36,174 nt of DNA, taken from assembly GCA_016875645.1 (NCBI GenBank), contig VGPE01000001.1, positions 1 to 36,174 on the forward strand, read 5' to 3'. The notes beneath the pieces are model-generated. The model was not told the DNA's origin and searched no databases. It saw only the letters and a list, made by a program, of their open reading frames with translations. Position numbers and translations under genes: made by a program. This DNA comes from Chloroflexota bacterium. Lineage in GTDB: Bacteria; Chloroflexota; Limnocylindria; Limnocylindrales; CSP1-4. Positions 8,315 to 16,782 of the stretch are shown here, piece by piece (position 1 is the stretch's first letter; each line of letters opens with the position of its first letter).

Positions 8315-10473
8315 ATGGGCGCCCTGGCCGACGCACTTCGCCGGCTCTTCGCCTTCTACGCGCTCCAGATCCGGCTGGTCTGGGAGTGGCGACCCGGCCG
8401 CGTGGCGCTTGTCCGGCGGGCCGTCGTGACACTCGCGGTCGGGGCGATCTCGCTGGGGGTTGCGGCGTACGTGCTGCCCGGGGTGGCCGTGCGCGACCCG
8501 GGCACGGCAGCTACCGTCGTGGTGCTCATGGCAGCGCTCAACGCGCTCGTCCGGCCGGTGCTGCTGGCCCTGGTGCGCCGTTCACGGTCATCGGCCTGAT
8601 CGTCGTATCGCTCGTGTTCCAGGTGCTGATCTTCCAGGTTGCCGACGGGCTGGTCGCGGGCTTCGATGTGGACACCGTCGCTTCGGCCTTTTCCGCATCG
8701 GTGGTCTTCGCCGTCGTGAACATGCTGCTCGGTGCCGTGCTGAACATCGGCCAGGGCGAGTCCTACTACGGCCTGCTGGTGCAGCGCCTCGCCCGGGAGC
8801 GACGCGACGTGGTCCGATCGACCGAACCTGGTGTGGTCATCGTCCAGATCGACGGCCTGGGCCATGGTGTCCTTGCGCACCAGATCCGGGCCGGCCGCGT
8901 GCAGTTCCTCGCGTCGCTGATTCGCGGGGGCCGGGCCCGCTTGACACGCTGGGACGTGCTGCTGCCGTCGCAGACGTCCGCCAGCCAGGCGGGTATCCTG
9001 CACGGCCGCAACGACGGCATCCCCGCCTTCCGCTGGTACGAGAAGGACCGGGGGCGACTCATGGTGTCGAACCGCCCGGCCGACGCTGCCGAGATCGCCC
9101 GCCGCGTGTCCGACGGGGCCGGCCTCCTCAGCGCGGACGGCGCCAGCGTCGGCAACCTGCTCTCGGGCGACGCGGTCCGCACCTACCTGACGCTCGCCAC
9201 CCTTCGGATCGCCGGGCAGGGCATCGGACGGAGCCAGACGTTCTACGGCTTCTTCCTGAGCCCGTCCGGCTACCTCGCCACGCTGCTGCTCATCCTGGGC
9301 GAGATGGCCAAGGAACTGGTCTCGGCCGCGCGGACCGCCAGGGCCGGCATCGAGCCGCGGAGCCACCGCGGGATCAGGTACGCACTCGCACGGGCAGTCA
9401 CCAACGTGCTGCTGCGCGGCATCAGCACCTCACTCGTGATCGACGAGATGTACCGCGGGACGCCGGTCATCTACGTCGACTACGTGGACTATGACGAGAT
9501 CGCCCACTACAGCGGGCCGGAGCGCGGCGAGGCACTCGACGCGCTCGACGGCGTGGATCGCACGATCCGGAACATCGCCCGTGCGGCCGCCGATGCACCG
9601 CGACCCTACCACCTGGTCGTGCTGTCCGACCACGGCCAGACGCTGGGCGCCACGTTCCGGAACCGCTATGGGATCGCCCTTGAGGAGCACATCCGCGACC
9701 TGACCGGCGCCACGGTCCGTGCCGCCACGACGCAGGCGGGCGAGTCTGGGGCGCTGAACGCGCTGGCGTCGGAATTGAGCCAGTCGGGTGGCGCGGCCGG
9801 CGCCATCACCCGGCGGGCCATGCGAAACCGGGACGGCGGCGAGGCCGTGGAGGTCGGGCCGGCAGCCGGTCCGGACGTCGGGCAGGGCGAGCCGAGCCTG
9901 GTGGTGACGGCGTCGGGCAATCTCGCGCTGGTCTACTTCACCGCCCATCCCGGCCGCCTCACCGAGGACGAGCTTGAAGGACGCTACCCGCAGCTGGTGC
10001 GGCAGCTTGCCGCGCATCCGGGCGTCGGCCTCGTCATGGTGCGGGGCGAAGGGGGCCAGGCGGTGGCCAGCGGCGCCAACGGCCGCCGGAACCTCGCGAC
10101 GGACGCCGTTGTGGGCGTCTACCCGGTCGCGGTGTACGGGCCGCTGGCCGCACAGAGCCTGCGGCGCCTCGACGCGATGCCCAACGTGGGCGATGTCGTG
10201 CTCATCAGCACCTACGAGCCCGAGACGCAGGAGGTCGCCGCGTTCGAGGAGCTGATCGGCTCCCACGACGGCCTCGGCGGCGGCCAGACCGAGGCATTCG
10301 TCCTGCACCCGCGCGAATGGAACATTGACGGCCCGCTGATCGGTGCGCCCGCCCTGGGGGCGCAGCTTCGGTCCTGGCTGGCCGGCATCGGGATCGGCGC
10401 GGGCGCCAGAGACCGGCCGGCGGCGGATGGTCACGTCGCGAGCGGACCCTCGTCGGGCCTGCCGCGGCCGTAG
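8315..10473 (+). pseudogene. Membrane-anchored alkaline-phosphatase-superfamily (type I phosphodiesterase/nucleotide pyrophosphatase-like) protein with N-terminal holin-4_2-type membrane domain; apparent 1-nt frameshift near 8572-8580
   Basis: The ATG at 8315 opens 'MGALADALRRLF...NALVRPVLLALV', then hits a stop at 8597-8599. The membrane domain continues seamlessly in the adjacent frame as 'APFTVIGLIVVSLVFQVLIFQVADGLVAGFDVD...'. That frame carries the phosphatase-superfamily motifs 'VQIDGLG', 'LPSQTSASQAGILHG' and 'VVLSDHGQT' through to 10473. Confidence 0.65.
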
Positions 10474-10934
10474 CGCACCCGGGTCCCGAGCAGCCGGGCC
10501 AGGCCCTCGCCGCCCGCGCGCATGACGCCGTGGTGGTTGATCTCGAACAGCGGGCGGGCCAGCGGGGCCAGGACATTCATCCATGCCTTCGTGGTCCGAA
10601 CATCCCAGTCGTAGCGCGCAAGTACGCCGCCATCCCGCTCTGCGAGGCGCCAGCGGCCGATGCCCGCCAGTTCACCGGAGGCCTCGCCCACCAGGAGGTG
10701 TGGCCGTTCGACGACCGTGGAACGCGTGTCGAACGTGAGGTTGTACGGCAGGCGTGAGCGAAAGGTGTAGCGACGCAGGTTGCCGATGCCATCCTCGTCG
10801 CCGGGCTCGAGCTCCAGGACCCTCGTGACCCCGCGCCACCACTCGGGCCAGCGCTTGGAGTTGAGGATCGCGTCGAACTCCGGGTCGATCGGCGCGTCGA
10901 CCTGCCAGGAGGTGACGAACCGATACAGCGCCAT
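10431..10934 (-). CDS. SRPBCC (START/polyketide-cyclase-like) family protein
   Basis: 167-aa ORF 'MALYRFVTSWQVDAPIDPEFDAILNSKRWPEWW...', typical of SRPBCC ligand-binding proteins. Its 3' end overlaps the convergent upstream gene by 43 nt. Confidence 0.75.
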   Translation of the reverse strand: MALYRFVTSWQVDAPIDPEFDAILNSKRWPEWWRGVTRVLELEPGDEDGIGNLRRYTFRSRLPYNLTFDTRSTVVERPHLLVGEASGELAGIGRWRLAERDGGVLARYDWDVRTTKAWMNVLAPLARPLFEINHHGVMRAGGEGLARLLGTRVRYGRGRPDEGPLAT

Positions 10935-10986
10935 GGCCGCGCATGCTACGGCGCCGTCCGCGTCTCACGGCGTAGGATTCGGGCAC

Positions 10987-12072
10987 ATGGGGGAGCAGAC
11001 GATGACCTTGACCGCTTCGATCGCCCGCCGCGCCCGCATCGACGCCTTCAAGGCGGCCCGCCGCCGCGCGACCGACTGGCTCCTGTCGCGTCAGAACGCC
11101 GACGGGTCGCTGGGCAACGCGGCCGACGGCTTCTTCTTCTACCGGGCACCCTGGACGTTCGCGCTCGTCGGCGAGACCGGGGCCGCGAGCGCGGTCTGCG
11201 GCTGGTTCCGCCGGAACCTCCTGATGCCGGACGGGCGGCTCGACGGACCGTTCCGCGTCGTGAACGACGCCTGGGCGTACCGCGACTCCGCGCTGATCGT
11301 GGGTGCCCAGATGCTCGGCCAATACGACCTCTCGTACGGCCTGATGCCCGAGCTGCTGCGCTGGCAGGACCCGGCTTCCGGGGCGTTCGCCAACGACCGG
11401 CTGCCGGACGGGTCCATGGGCGACGACCAATCCATTCCGTACGCGGCCGGCCCGGGGTTCGCCGCGCTGGCGACGGGTGACCTTGCGACGGCCCGCCGCG
11501 TGGCCGGCTTCCTCCGCCGGATCTGGGATGCGCAGTCAGACCTGGACCCCGCGACCGGCCTCCCGGCCCGGTTCTTCTACGACTGGTCTCGAGCGCGTCA
11601 GGCGCCCACGACGCAGTTCCGTGACGAGGACGCCTTCTGGTACGTGGTCGACAACCAGGCCGACCGCAACCAGCGCTGGACGATCGGCGGCATCGCGGCC
11701 GGCTTCCTGTGCCGGCTGTACCTCGCCGAACCGCGCCCGGAGTACCTGGACCTCGCCGGCCGCTACCAGGCGTTCTCGATGGCCGCCACCCCGGCCCAGT
11801 TCAAGTACGGCCCGGTCTGCAAGAGCGGCTGGGGCTCGTCGCTGCTGTACGAGATCACCGGCGAGCCGGCCTACGAGGCGTGGACGTACCGGATGGGGGA
11901 CTGGTTCGTGACGCACCAGGACCCGGCGGGGTTCTGGCCGCCGATCGGTACGGGCGGGGGCGCCGAGGCCTCGAACGCGCCGCTCTCGACGCTGATCCAC
12001 AACGCCCTCGAGTTCACGATGCACGTGGATACGATCATCGCCGGCCTCACGTCACGCCCGATCCCGGAGTAG
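10987..12072 (+). CDS. Prenyltransferase / squalene-cyclase-repeat ((alpha/alpha)6-barrel) family protein
   Basis: The in-frame ATG at 10987 (MGEQTMTL...) was chosen because the longer track ORF overlaps the divergent SRPBCC gene. Repeated 'QNADGS', 'W.Y' and 'DP.G.F' elements (e.g. 'SRQNADGSLGN', 'RWQDPASGAFAN', 'HQDPAGFWPP') are characteristic of terpenoid-cyclase/prenyltransferase repeats. Confidence 0.6.
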   Translation: MGEQTMTLTASIARRARIDAFKAARRRATDWLLSRQNADGSLGNAADGFFFYRAPWTFALVGETGAASAVCGWFRRNLLMPDGRLDGPFRVVNDAWAYRDSALIVGAQMLGQYDLSYGLMPELLRWQDPASGAFANDRLPDGSMGDDQSIPYAAGPGFAALATGDLATARRVAGFLRRIWDAQSDLDPATGLPARFFYDWSRARQAPTTQFRDEDAFWYVVDNQADRNQRWTIGGIAAGFLCRLYLAEPRPEYLDLAGRYQAFSMAATPAQFKYGPVCKSGWGSSLLYEITGEPAYEAWTYRMGDWFVTHQDPAGFWPPIGTGGGAEASNAPLSTLIHNALEFTMHVDTIIAGLTSRPIPE

Positions 12073-12319
12073 CGTGGCCGTGCGGCCATCACGCTCCGGT
12101 TTCCTGGCAGGCAAGGATTCCGTCAACGCACCGCGCAACTGTGTCTCGTGCGCACAGGTTTCGTCCTGAACCGACCGTTTCCGTGTCCGGCAGACAGCGG
12201 AGCGCTCAGCTTCCCGGCAGCTGCCTCGGCCGACGACGGAAACCGTTCCCAACAGGCAACGTCCGCCCACTCGACGACAGATTCATTGCCCCACGGGAAA
12301 CTCCGTCAATCGCCGCGCG

Positions 12320-13081
12320 TCAGGTTGCCCCGGCGCCGCCGTCGACCGGTAGGGTGATGCCGTTGATTGCGTCTGCGGCTGCCGAGACCAGGTAGCCCAC
12401 GGCGGCCGCAACCTCGTCCTCGGATGGCAGGCGCCGGATCGGCAGGCTCGACACGATCCGCTCGCGGAAGCCCGGACGGTCGAGCCACTGGGCCGCCAGA
12501 TCGGTCTCGACGAACGTCGGCGCGACCGCGTTGACGCGAACGCCGGCCGGTCCCCACTCGACCGCCAGGGTCTTCGTCAGGTGGACCAGGCCCGCCTTGC
12601 TCGAGTTGTAGGCCGACCGCTCCTGGACGGCCTTGAAGGCCGCCATCGAGGCGACGTTCACGATCCGGCCTCGGCCGCGGGCCACCATGCCGCGCCCCAC
12701 CGCCTGGGCCACGAAGAACGCCCCCCGCAGGTTCGTGTCCACGACACGGTCCCAGTCCTCCTCGGTCACGTCGAGCGCCAGGCGCAGCCGGTTGATGCCC
12801 GCGTTGTTGACCAGGATGTCGATCGGGCCGAGCGCAGCTTCGATCTCGGCGACCAACGCGGGAATCGCGGCCGTGTCGGTCACGTCGAAGCGCAGGCCGA
12901 ACCCCAGCGCCCCGATCGCCTCGACCTCCGCGACGACGGCCGCCAGTGCATCAAGATCGCGGCCGCCGAGCGCAACGTCGGCGCCTTCGCGGGCGAGGTG
13001 CAGCGCGATCGCCCGCCCGATGCCCCGGCTGGCGCCTGTGACGAACGCGACCTGGCCGCTCAGCGGCTTCCCGACGCTCAT
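12320..13081 (-). CDS. Short-chain dehydrogenase/reductase (FabG-like SDR)
   Basis: The C-terminal 253 aa of the fused 607-aa track ORF, from MSVGKPL (cat at 13079-13081). Motifs 'TGASRGIG', 'NNAG' and the YxxxK 'YNSSK'. The start overlaps the upstream stop in an ATGA arrangement. Confidence 0.9.
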   Translation of the reverse strand: MSVGKPLSGQVAFVTGASRGIGRAIALHLAREGADVALGGRDLDALAAVVAEVEAIGALGFGLRFDVTDTAAIPALVAEIEAALGPIDILVNNAGINRLRLALDVTEEDWDRVVDTNLRGAFFVAQAVGRGMVARGRGRIVNVASMAAFKAVQERSAYNSSKAGLVHLTKTLAVEWGPAGVRVNAVAPTFVETDLAAQWLDRPGFRERIVSSLPIRRLPSEDEVAAAVGYLVSAAADAINGITLPVDGGAGAT

Positions 13082-14037
13082 CGGAAGTGCGGCAGGACCT
13101 CGTCGAGGAACAGCTCGATGTCCCTGCTGCCCATCAGTTCCGCGAACCGCAGTTGGATCATCTCGAACCCGAGCTCCGACAGCTCGGTGATCCGGTCGCG
13201 CAATTCGGCCGGGTCCCCGGCGAACGCCTGCTGGTCGGCGTACACGGCGTCGCCGGCCCACGCCCGCGCCTCGGCCGCGGACGGCCGCAGGTAGACCGTC
13301 AACGGCGTGGCCTTGCGGATTGAATCGGGGTCGCGCCCGATCGCGCGGCAGTGGTCCGCGAGCACGGACATCTTGTGCCACAGCACATCCACGTGATGCC
13401 CGTACGAGAGCCACCAGTCGGCATGGCGTGCCACCGCGGGCAGCAGGAACTTCTCGCCCTCGCCGGCGATCAGGATCGGCGGGACCGGGTCCGGCCGCGG
13501 TTCGCAGAACGCGTTCTCCACGTGGTAGTACTCGCCGTGGAAGGTCGCCGGCGACTCGGTCCACATCGTCCGGATCAGCCGCACCGCCTCGTCCATCTGG
13601 GCGATGCGGACCTTCGCTGACGGGAACTCCCAGCCGTACGCCTTGTACTCCGGCTCCAGCCAGCCGGCGCCGTAGCCCAGGATGAAGCGGCCGCCACTGA
13701 TGTGGCTCAGGCTGGCGGACATCTTCGCCATCAGCGGCGGGTGGCGGTACGAGTTGCAGATCACGTTGTGGCCGATGGTGATCGTGGGGAAGCGCGCCAG
13801 CAGCCACGTCGCCTGGGTCCACGGCTCGATCCGGTAGCGGTCGCCCTCCATCACGTGGTCGGAGCACCAGATGGAGTCGAAGTGGCGTGCGGCCAGCTCC
13901 ACCAGCCGGTCCTGTTCGGCGACGAACGTGGCGCGGTTGACCCGCCCCATCTCCCGGTCGCCCGGCGGCGTGTTGAACCCGAACAGCAGCGGCGCACGGT
14001 TGGTCGGCACGGATCCCTCCTTGAGGCCGCCGATCAT
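13078..14037 (-). CDS. Luciferase-like monooxygenase (LLM-class flavin/F420-dependent oxidoreductase)
   Basis: Internal ATG at 14037 (MIGGLKEGS...PLLFGFNTP). LLM-like sequence throughout ('RFILGYGAGW', 'ILIAGEGEK'). Translationally coupled to the SDR through the ATGA at 13078-13081. Confidence 0.85.
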   Translation of the reverse strand: MIGGLKEGSVPTNRAPLLFGFNTPPGDREMGRVNRATFVAEQDRLVELAARHFDSIWCSDHVMEGDRYRIEPWTQATWLLARFPTITIGHNVICNSYRHPPLMAKMSASLSHISGGRFILGYGAGWLEPEYKAYGWEFPSAKVRIAQMDEAVRLIRTMWTESPATFHGEYYHVENAFCEPRPDPVPPILIAGEGEKFLLPAVARHADWWLSYGHHVDVLWHKMSVLADHCRAIGRDPDSIRKATPLTVYLRPSAAEARAWAGDAVYADQQAFAGDPAELRDRITELSELGFEMIQLRFAELMGSRDIELFLDEVLPHFR

Positions 14038-14303
14038 CGCAGACCGGCTTGGCCGCCGGACTTCCGCCGCGCACGGCTCCCCCCCCGCTCGGGCGCCGGC
14101 CGGGGTGTTCCTCCGGCCCACCCGGGTCGCGGTTCTTCGTCACTGATGACCGGACGGCGTGGTAGGCGTGGTCGGGGCGGCCTCGCGGGCTTCCTCGCGG
14201 GCTCGATCACGCACGAAATCGGGTGCCGTAGGCCCGCGCGACCTGTGCTACGGGCGTCGCCCCGGCGGCCGGTGGTTCCGCCGGGCCCGCTCTCCCGCAG
14301 CCG

Positions 14304-14319
14304 ATGCTTGTACCCGCAT
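14304..14319 (+). repeat. 16-bp near-palindromic motif ATGCTTGTACCnGCAT, copy 1 (candidate operator)
   Basis: ATGCTTGTACCCGCAT, 76 nt upstream of the XRE gene start, in the divergent LLM/XRE intergenic region. It is an AT-richer island in GC-rich flanks. Confidence 0.6.
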
Positions 14320-14394
14320 TGCGCCCCCCGCGGGTCCAGTGCGCGTGTCGTGACAAATACGTGCGAGTGAAGGGAGGGCTGCGACACTGCGACC

Positions 14395-14688
14395 ATGGAC
14401 AAAGGGCGATCAGACTGGCCGGAACGAGATGCGTTTCTGGCCTTGATCGGCTCGGGGCTGCGCCGCGAACGCCATCGGCTCGATTGGTCGCAGCGCAAGC
14501 TCGCCGAGGTGGCGGGCGTCGACCAGTCGCTCGTCTCGCGGCTGGAAAACGGCATCGCGCCGGGCATCCGCTACGAGCGGTTCATCCGCATCCTTTGGGC
14601 GCTCGGGTGGCCGGTCACCCGCCGCGACTCCGAGCGCGCGGGCTGGTGGGAACCGCCGCCACTTCGCCCGCCCTGGCATGGCACCTGA
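14395..14688 (+). CDS. XRE-family helix-turn-helix transcriptional regulator
   Basis: 97-aa ORF with an ATG start. Typical HTH_3 segment 'LRRERHRLDWSQRKLAEVAGVDQSLVSRLENG'. Confidence 0.8.
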   Translation: MDKGRSDWPERDAFLALIGSGLRRERHRLDWSQRKLAEVAGVDQSLVSRLENGIAPGIRYERFIRILWALGWPVTRRDSERAGWWEPPPLRPPWHGT

Positions 14689-14714
14689 GCCGCCCGTGGG
14701 CGGAGACCGCGCCG

Positions 14715-14730
14715 ATGCAGGTACAAGCAT
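14715..14730 (-). repeat. 16-bp motif ATGCTTGTACCnGCAT, copy 2 (reverse orientation)
   Basis: Plus strand atgcaggtacaagcat equals the reverse complement of ATGCTTGTACCTGCAT. It lies 27 nt downstream of the XRE stop. Confidence 0.6.
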
Positions 14731-14767
14731 CGGATCTGGACGCGTTGCCGGACACGGGCTGCCGGGC

Positions 14768-14801
14768 CTGGCCGGACCCGGTCCCTGGCCGGACCCGGTC
14801 C
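14768..14801. repeat. Perfect 17-bp x 2 tandem repeat (ctggccggacccggtcc)
   Basis: Positions 14768-14784 and 14785-14801 are identical. The repeat lies between motif copies 2 and 3. Confidence 0.9.
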
Positions 14802-14808
14802 CCCGATG

Positions 14809-14824
14809 ATGCCGGTACAAGCAT
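14809..14824 (-). repeat. 16-bp motif ATGCTTGTACCnGCAT, copy 3 (reverse orientation)
   Basis: Plus strand atgccggtacaagcat equals the reverse complement of ATGCTTGTACCGGCAT. The extended 23-nt context matches copy 2 at 21 of 23 positions. Confidence 0.6.
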
Positions 14825-14874
14825 TGGATCCGGAGGTGTCCTCCAGATGACGGGCCCGGGCGGGTCGCGCCCGC

Positions 14875-15963
14875 TCAGCTGGCCGACGCGACCGCCGGGA
14901 GGCTGAACCAGAAGCGGGTGACCCCGTCCGCCGAATCGACGCCGACCTCGCCGCCGTCGCCCTCCACCAGCTGGCGCACGATCGCGAGGCCGATCCCGGC
15001 GCCGCCCTGCGCCCGATCGCGGGACTTCTCGACCCGGTAGAAGCGCTCGAAGACGCGCGGCAGGTCGGCTGCTGGGATCCCCTCGCCGGTGTTGGCGACC
15101 GCCACCATCGCCACGCCGCCACTGCGCACGGCGCGGACCTGGACGAGGCCGCCGGCCGGCGTGTAGCGAAGCGCGTTCTGGAGCAGGTTGCCGAGCACCT
15201 GCGCCAGGTGGTCCGGGTTGGCGCGGGCGACCAGCGACCCCGGCACGTCCACGGCCAGCGACAGGCCGCGCTGCTCGAACGACGGCCGCGCCAGTTCGAC
15301 CGACGATCGGACGGCGGCCGCGAGGTCGACCTGTTCGAGCGCGGCGGGCTCCTCGGCCGCGTCGCCTTCGGCCAGCGTGTCCAGGGACCGCGACAGGCGG
15401 ACCAGCCGCTCGGTCTCCTCCATCAGCGACTCGAACGTGGCCCGCTCGGGCGGAATCACCCCGTCGCGCAAGCCTTCGAGGTAGCCCTTCAGATTTGTCA
15501 GGGGCGTCCTCAGCTCGTGCGCCGCGTTCGCCACGAAGTCGCGCCGGAGCTGCTCCTGCTCGGCGAGGCCCTCGGCCATCCGGTTGAAGGACTCCGAGAG
15601 ACTGGCCAGCTCGGCCGGTGCCGCGGGAGGCACGCGCGCCGCATAGTCGCCGGACGAGATCCGCCTCGCGGCGTCGTCGAGCTGGCTTACTGGGCGCGAC
15701 AGGGTGCGTCCTACCGCGACCGCCAGCAGTGCCGCCGCCAGGAGCGCGAGTGCCGCGGCGATCGCAACGACCGACCCGATCGTCCCGTCGAACATGCCGC
15801 GTGCGTTCGTGGCCTGCTCCCCGTGCACCATCAGGAGGTGGACCAGGAGGTCGCCGCCCACGATCATCACGCCCACGGCGAGGATCCCGACCGCCAGGAG
15901 GACGCAGGCCATCGCCGCCAGGGCGATGCGCCCGCCGATGCTGCCGAGGAACCGGGTGATCAT
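14875..15963 (-). CDS. Sensor histidine kinase (TM-HAMP-HisKA-HATPase_c)
   Basis: Internal ATG at 15963 (MITRFLGSIGGRIALAAMACVLL...). H-box 'AAHELRTPL', N-box 'NLLQNALRYT' and G-boxes 'NTGEGI' and 'GGAGIGLAI'. Located 13 nt downstream of the response regulator stop. Confidence 0.9.
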   Translation of the reverse strand: MITRFLGSIGGRIALAAMACVLLAVGILAVGVMIVGGDLLVHLLMVHGEQATNARGMFDGTIGSVVAIAAALALLAAALLAVAVGRTLSRPVSQLDDAARRISSGDYAARVPPAAPAELASLSESFNRMAEGLAEQEQLRRDFVANAAHELRTPLTNLKGYLEGLRDGVIPPERATFESLMEETERLVRLSRSLDTLAEGDAAEEPAALEQVDLAAAVRSSVELARPSFEQRGLSLAVDVPGSLVARANPDHLAQVLGNLLQNALRYTPAGGLVQVRAVRSGGVAMVAVANTGEGIPAADLPRVFERFYRVEKSRDRAQGGAGIGLAIVRQLVEGDGGEVGVDSADGVTRFWFSLPAVASAS

Positions 15964-15976
15964 GCCGCGCGGCGCC

Positions 15977-16690
15977 TCAACCGCTCGCCCGCGCGGCGCG
16001 GTAGCCGACACCCCGCACCGCGGCGACATACCGGGGCTGCTCGGCGCTGTCACCCAGCTTGTCGCGCAGCCGGCGGACGTGGGCATCGATAACGCGGTCG
16101 AGGACGTCCCGCTCGCCGAGGCCGTGCATCGCGTCGAGCAGCTGGTCCCGCGAGAGGACGCGCCCGTCGGCTTCGAGCAGGGCCGTCAGGAGCCGGAACT
16201 CGGCCGTGGTGAGCGGCACCACCTTGCCGTCGATCGTGGCCTGGTGGCGCTGGCGGTCGAGGACGAGCGCGCCCAGCCGGAGGGCGCCCGGGCCCTCGTC
16301 GCCCGCGTCCGGCCGCGTGCGGGCGAGCACGCGCTGCACGCGCAGGACGAGCTCGGCGGGCGAGAAGGGCTTGGGGACGAAGTCGTCCGCGCCGATCGCG
16401 AGGCCCTCGATGCGGTCGTGGACCGTGCCGCGGGCAAGCAGGATCACTACCGGAACCTCGGTCTGGCGGCGCAGGGCGCGCAGGACCGAGAGACCGTCGA
16501 TCTCCGGCAGCATCAGGTCCAGGACCACCAGCAGCGGATCGTGACGGGCGATCGCCGCGAGGGCGCTGCGGCCGTCGCGCGCGTCGATCACCGTGAATCC
16601 TTCGCGCTCCAGGTACATCCGGACGAGGTTCACGATCTTCGCGTCATCGTCGACGACGAGGACGGGTCGAGTGGCGAGGGGTGCCGTCAT
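15977..16690 (-). CDS. OmpR/PhoB-family response regulator
   Basis: Receiver domain 'VLVVDDD...LDLMLPEIDG...KPF' plus a winged-helix domain 'LTTAEFRLLTALL...VRGVGY'. ATG at 16690; the GTG at 16699 is an alternative start. Confidence 0.9.
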   Translation of the reverse strand: MTAPLATRPVLVVDDDAKIVNLVRMYLEREGFTVIDARDGRSALAAIARHDPLLVVLDLMLPEIDGLSVLRALRRQTEVPVVILLARGTVHDRIEGLAIGADDFVPKPFSPAELVLRVQRVLARTRPDAGDEGPGALRLGALVLDRQRHQATIDGKVVPLTTAEFRLLTALLEADGRVLSRDQLLDAMHGLGERDVLDRVIDAHVRRLRDKLGDSAEQPRYVAAVRGVGYRAARASG

Positions 16691-16782
16691 CGGGCGCACT
16701 GTACGCCGGCCGGATGACCGGTTCGTGACGGTATGATCGGCTCGATGCCCAGGTACCGCCGGTCACGGCGCTCGTTCGAGGC

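Noticed and set aside
12320-14143. 607-aa fused ORF
   Set aside because: It is really two genes in different frames: the LLM oxidoreductase (13078-14037) and the SDR (12320-13081). The upstream part of the 607-aa frame is the out-of-frame translation of the LLM gene.
14615-14824. Two minus-strand ORFs both beginning 'MLVPAS' at motif copies 2 and 3
   Set aside because: The shared N-terminus is simply the translation of the repeated DNA motif (ATGCTTGTACC). Both ORFs run antisense into the XRE gene and are not protein-like.
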